Origin: Pseudolysobacter sp.
Lineage (GTDB): Bacteria; Pseudomonadota; Gammaproteobacteria; Xanthomonadales; Rhodanobacteraceae
Direction: 5' to 3'
Length of the DNA stretch: 64,000 nucleotides
NCBI GenBank assembly: GCA_043759455.1
Contig: JAYVLO010000029.1
Location: forward strand, 30,298-94,297
This document shows, piece by piece, positions 60,574 to 64,000 of this stretch. The position numbers and the translations under genes are program-made. Each line of letters begins with the position of its first letter. Position 1 is the stretch's first letter. The notes beneath the pieces were generated by a model. The model made no database searches. It was not told the DNA's origin and worked only from the letters and a program-made list of their open reading frames with translations.

Positions 60574-62517
60574 ATGTTCAAAATAAAGACTGCGCCGTTG
60601 CGCATTCACTCATGGTTTGCTGTCGTAATTGGCATGCTGTCGAGTTTTTTCGTCGGCGCGCAAAGCCTGAGCCATCGCCCGGACCTGATGTTCCATGACG
60701 GGTTTCAAGGCATCACGTCGGGTCCGTTTACCGATTCCGATGCGTCGCGCTTTCTCGCGCAGGCCACGTTCGGTCCGACCGCAGCTGATATCGCGCATCT
60801 GCGCAGCGTCGGTTACCAGGCGTGGCTCACCGAGCAGTTCGCGGCAGCCCCGACCCACGAAATGACCTATTTGAATTGGGTCGGAGTGACTCTGGGGGAG
60901 CGTACTGGGCAGCAGAATCGCTATGAAGCGTGGTTTCTCGGCGCGCTTGGTGGCCCAGATCCGCAGAATAATACCGTCCTCCACACCGATCAGTTGCGTC
61001 AGCGTGTTGCGTTTGCGCTGAGCGAAATTCTGGTCGCATCCGATCAGAATCCGTTGCTCGCGAGTTTCCCGGAAGGTATTGCGTATTATTACGACATCCT
61101 GACCGACAACGCCTTCGGTAACTATCGAACTCTGCTTGAAAAAGTAACCCTCAGTCCGGCCATGGGCACGTATCTGAACATGCTCGGCAGTCAGCGTGCC
61201 AACCTTACGTCAAACCTGCATCCCGATGAAAACTATGGACGCGAGATCAACCAGCTTTTCAGCATAGGCTTGATCATGCTGAATCTCGATGGCACGCCAA
61301 AAGTGCCCGCTGCGGCGACCTACACCCAGCCTACAGTAACCGCATTTGCTCACGTATTCACCGGCTGGAACTGGTTCGACTGTGATGGTACGGGCGCCAC
61401 CCTCGGTGACGATTTCAACGGTTGTGGGTATCCTAGGAGCGCTGGTGCAAGTTTTGTGCAGCCAATGGTGGCGTATGACGTGGTGGACAAGCCCAATCCG
61501 GGCGATCCCAGCTATCACGATAATGGCACCGACATGAACAATGATTTGCTCAACAAGCAGCTGCTGCTCTATCCCGGCGCGGTTAATGGCGGCATGCTCG
61601 CCAACGGCGGTAGTGCTGCTACAGACCTCAAATTTGCACTCGACAATATCTTCAACCACCCGAATCTCGGGCCGTTTGTCAGCAAGCAACTGATCCAGCG
61701 TTTGGTGACGAGCAATCCCAGTCCGGCCTACGTACAACGCATCGCAACCGTGTTCAACGATGACGGCAGTATTCAGCATGTGCGCGGCAATCTCGGTGCT
61801 GTAATCCAGAAGATCGTGCTCGATCCCGAAGCGCGTTATGGCCAATGGCAGCAGCCTGATACGTTTGGCAAATTGCGTGAACCACTATTGCGCCTCACTC
61901 ATTTTTGGCGAGCCATGCATGCGGTGCATCATTGCGGCACGGATTATGCGGACAACAGCACGCCGCCCAACAGCTATCACTATGCGAGCCAGCCCTATCG
62001 TTATGCCGGTTATCTGAGCTGGAACGTGGCCGATCAGGACTATGCCAACGGCGTTGGCCAGGCACCGGGTGATGCCGACACCGTGTTCAATTTTTTCAAG
62101 CCAGGCTTCATGCCATCCGGTGAAATGACAACACAGAACTTGCTTGGTCCGGAATTTCAGATCAATACCGATTCCACCATCACCAATCTGATCAACAATA
62201 CCCGGACACGCGCCTTCGACTACAGCACCGGCGATACTTGTAATTCCGGGGATCAAAATGGCGAGGTGATGTTCGATCATTTTCAGGATGCGGCACTGGC
62301 AGGCACGGATGGCCATGTGGGCGACCCGTCTAATCGGCTGGTTGACGCCTACAACATACGTTTCATGTCGGGCCAGATGTCGCCATTCATGCGTCAGACC
62401 CTGATTACCTATCTGAATACGATCGACGCGACGACGGATACGGATTGGCAAGCCCAGCGGATTGATCGTGCGCTGTATCTGATTTCCACTTCACCCGAAT
62501 ACGTGATCCAGAAATAA
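60574..62517 (+). CDS. DUF1800 family exported protein
   Basis: Signal peptide; ASRFLAQATFGPT, QLRQRVAFALSEILV, LSPAMG.YLNM, HPDENYGREINQLFSIGL, KQLIQRLVTSNPSPAYVQRIA and GKLREP. Confidence 0.88.
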   Translation: MFKIKTAPLRIHSWFAVVIGMLSSFFVGAQSLSHRPDLMFHDGFQGITSGPFTDSDASRFLAQATFGPTAADIAHLRSVGYQAWLTEQFAAAPTHEMTYLNWVGVTLGERTGQQNRYEAWFLGALGGPDPQNNTVLHTDQLRQRVAFALSEILVASDQNPLLASFPEGIAYYYDILTDNAFGNYRTLLEKVTLSPAMGTYLNMLGSQRANLTSNLHPDENYGREINQLFSIGLIMLNLDGTPKVPAAATYTQPTVTAFAHVFTGWNWFDCDGTGATLGDDFNGCGYPRSAGASFVQPMVAYDVVDKPNPGDPSYHDNGTDMNNDLLNKQLLLYPGAVNGGMLANGGSAATDLKFALDNIFNHPNLGPFVSKQLIQRLVTSNPSPAYVQRIATVFNDDGSIQHVRGNLGAVIQKIVLDPEARYGQWQQPDTFGKLREPLLRLTHFWRAMHAVHHCGTDYADNSTPPNSYHYASQPYRYAGYLSWNVADQDYANGVGQAPGDADTVFNFFKPGFMPSGEMTTQNLLGPEFQINTDSTITNLINNTRTRAFDYSTGDTCNSGDQNGEVMFDHFQDAALAGTDGHVGDPSNRLVDAYNIRFMSGQMSPFMRQTLITYLNTIDATTDTDWQAQRIDRALYLISTSPEYVIQK

Positions 62518-62526
62518 GAGGCCGCC

Positions 62527-64000
62527 ATGCGCATAGATCGCCGCAAATTTATCCGACAAACACTCGCTGCCGCACTCGGCGGCGCCAGCGTGTATTCGGC
62601 ACTTGGCAATCTGCAGTTATTGCAGGCCGCCACGCGCGCCAGCAATTACGCCTTTACCGATTATAAGGCGCTGGTCTGCATCTTCTTGTATGGCGGCAAC
62701 GACAGTTTCAACATGGTCGTACCGTATACCCAATCCGCGTTCGATGGATTTTATAGCCCCGCTACCGGCGTGCGCCCCGGTCTTGCGCTTGATCGCACCC
62801 AATTGCATCCGCTCGCTGACGGCAGCAACTCCTCCGCGGATGGAATCCAGTATGCATTGCATCCATCGATGCCAGAATTGGCTGCGCTATTCAACAACAG
62901 TGCCAAGGCGGCGATCATCGCCAATGTCGGGACGCTGGTTGGCCCGGTGACGCAAAACCAATACCAGTTCAATAATCCGAGCGTGCCAGAGCAACTTTTT
63001 TCGCATTCCGATCAATCCGCGTACTGGCAGTCGTCGCCGCCCTCGAACACGCCGACCTCGGGCTGGGGCGGACGTATTTGCGATATGGTTGCTGCCGCGA
63101 ATCCAGCGGCGATTCCGATCATGACCTCACTCAGCGGCCAGGACATTTTCATCCGTGGCGAAAGCGTGAACGGCTACATCATGAATTCCAACGGTGCGCT
63201 AACCGTGGATTATCCGAATGATTCGAGTGGCGGATTGAAAGCCGCATTCGATGCATTGCGTGTTTCGGGTACGCAACAGCATGTGCTGGAACGCACCTAT
63301 GCGAATACCCTGAATCATTCCATCGGTGCCGCTGATATCATCGGGGCGGCACTCGGCGCCTCTGGATTGCCGGCAGATTTCGGTTCGCATTTTACGGGCG
63401 GTGGCGATCTTGGCACACAGCTACAAACCGTCGCACGTTTGATCTGGGCCGCGCAGACCAATCAGCCCGGCTACAGCGGGTTGACGCGCCAGGTATTCTT
63501 CGTGAATGCCGGTGGCTATGACACGCATAGCGGTGAACTCGGACTGCATGTTGATCTGTTTTCGCAGTTGTCGAAATCGATGGCCGGTTTCTACAACGCG
63601 CTCAATTCCGTCAGCATCGGCGGCGGCAAGACGTTGGCGAGTGTCGCAACCACATTCACTGCATCGGACTTCGGTCGTACCATGACCAGCAATGCAGGCG
63701 GCAGCGACCACGGTTGGGGCTCGCATCACCTGGTACTCGGCGGCGCGGTCAATGGCGGCAAGTTCTATGGCAACGGCTGCGGTTTCTCGGCGCAATCCAA
63801 TTTCGGCCAGGTAATGCCGAGCATGGTGAACCCGACCTCGGATGTGTATCAGGTCTCGCCAAATCTCAACGATTCCGGTGATGGCATTGGACGTATTATT
63901 CCGACCACTTCGGTCGATCAGTATGCGGCTACGCTGGCGCAATGGTTCGGTCTTTCAGCTACCGACATCGCGACGATCTTCCCGAACCTGAGCTTGCTTC
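62527..64000 (+). CDS. DUF1501 family Tat-exported protein (runs off the window end; absent from the ORF track)
   Basis: MRIDRRKFIRQTL twin-Arg leader; DYKALVCIFLYGGNDSFN, ANVGTL, LFSHSDQ, GGYDTH, SDFGRT...G.DHGWGSH and IPTTSVDQYAATLAQWFG. Confidence 0.88.
   Translation, partial: MRIDRRKFIRQTLAAALGGASVYSALGNLQLLQAATRASNYAFTDYKALVCIFLYGGNDSFNMVVPYTQSAFDGFYSPATGVRPGLALDRTQLHPLADGSNSSADGIQYALHPSMPELAALFNNSAKAAIIANVGTLVGPVTQNQYQFNNPSVPEQLFSHSDQSAYWQSSPPSNTPTSGWGGRICDMVAAANPAAIPIMTSLSGQDIFIRGESVNGYIMNSNGALTVDYPNDSSGGLKAAFDALRVSGTQQHVLERTYANTLNHSIGAADIIGAALGASGLPADFGSHFTGGGDLGTQLQTVARLIWAAQTNQPGYSGLTRQVFFVNAGGYDTHSGELGLHVDLFSQLSKSMAGFYNALNSVSIGGGKTLASVATTFTASDFGRTMTSNAGGSDHGWGSHHLVLGGAVNGGKFYGNGCGFSAQSNFGQVMPSMVNPTSDVYQVSPNLNDSGDGIGRIIPTTSVDQYAATLAQWFGLSATDIATIFPNLSLL

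Noticed and set aside
1-64000. tRNA, rRNA, tmRNA or SRP RNA genes
   Set aside because: No cloverleaf/T-loop or rRNA signatures were seen by eye in the intergenic gaps; tRNAscan-SE/Infernal would be needed to exclude them formally.

Overview
GC-rich gammaproteobacterial chromosome segment; gene order and protein style suggest Xanthomonadales, probably Rhodanobacteraceae (inference). An intact housekeeping backbone runs through it: lptE-holA-nadD-rsfS-rlmH, maf-rng-yhdP-tldD-darP-pmbA, a cysK/cysG/cysB/cysHIJ sulfur cluster, asnS, iscA, rpsF-rpsR-rplI, dnaB-alr, radA, ypjD, ffh-rpsP-rimM-trmD-rplS, and a DUF1800/DUF1501 pair running off the right end. Accessory DNA interrupts it at five points. 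(1) An orphan gene between rsfS and rlmH. (2) A decayed metallophosphoesterase/ECF sigma/anti-sigma cassette between rlmH and maf. (3) About 7.4 kb between rplI and dnaB that is mostly pseudogenes apart from an intact secreted GH44 glycanase. (4) A truncated Cys/His-rich gene plus a Phd-RelE/ParE toxin-antitoxin pair between alr and radA. (5) A ~10.3 kb integrase-less defence island between ypjD and ffh, encoding a SNF2 helicase, a Schlafen/AlbA_2-HATPase protein, a Type III Mod (broken by one in-frame TAA), RhuM and a Type III Res. The best candidate for an undescribed system is island (5). Other notable signals are a shared D-x-x-F-x-x-G-F motif at opposite ends of two secreted proteins, a phased DnaA-box array upstream of dnaB, and gene decay confined to accessory genes. 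I found no tRNA, rRNA, CRISPR array, integrase or transposase. Family assignments come from motif recognition only; no database search was run.
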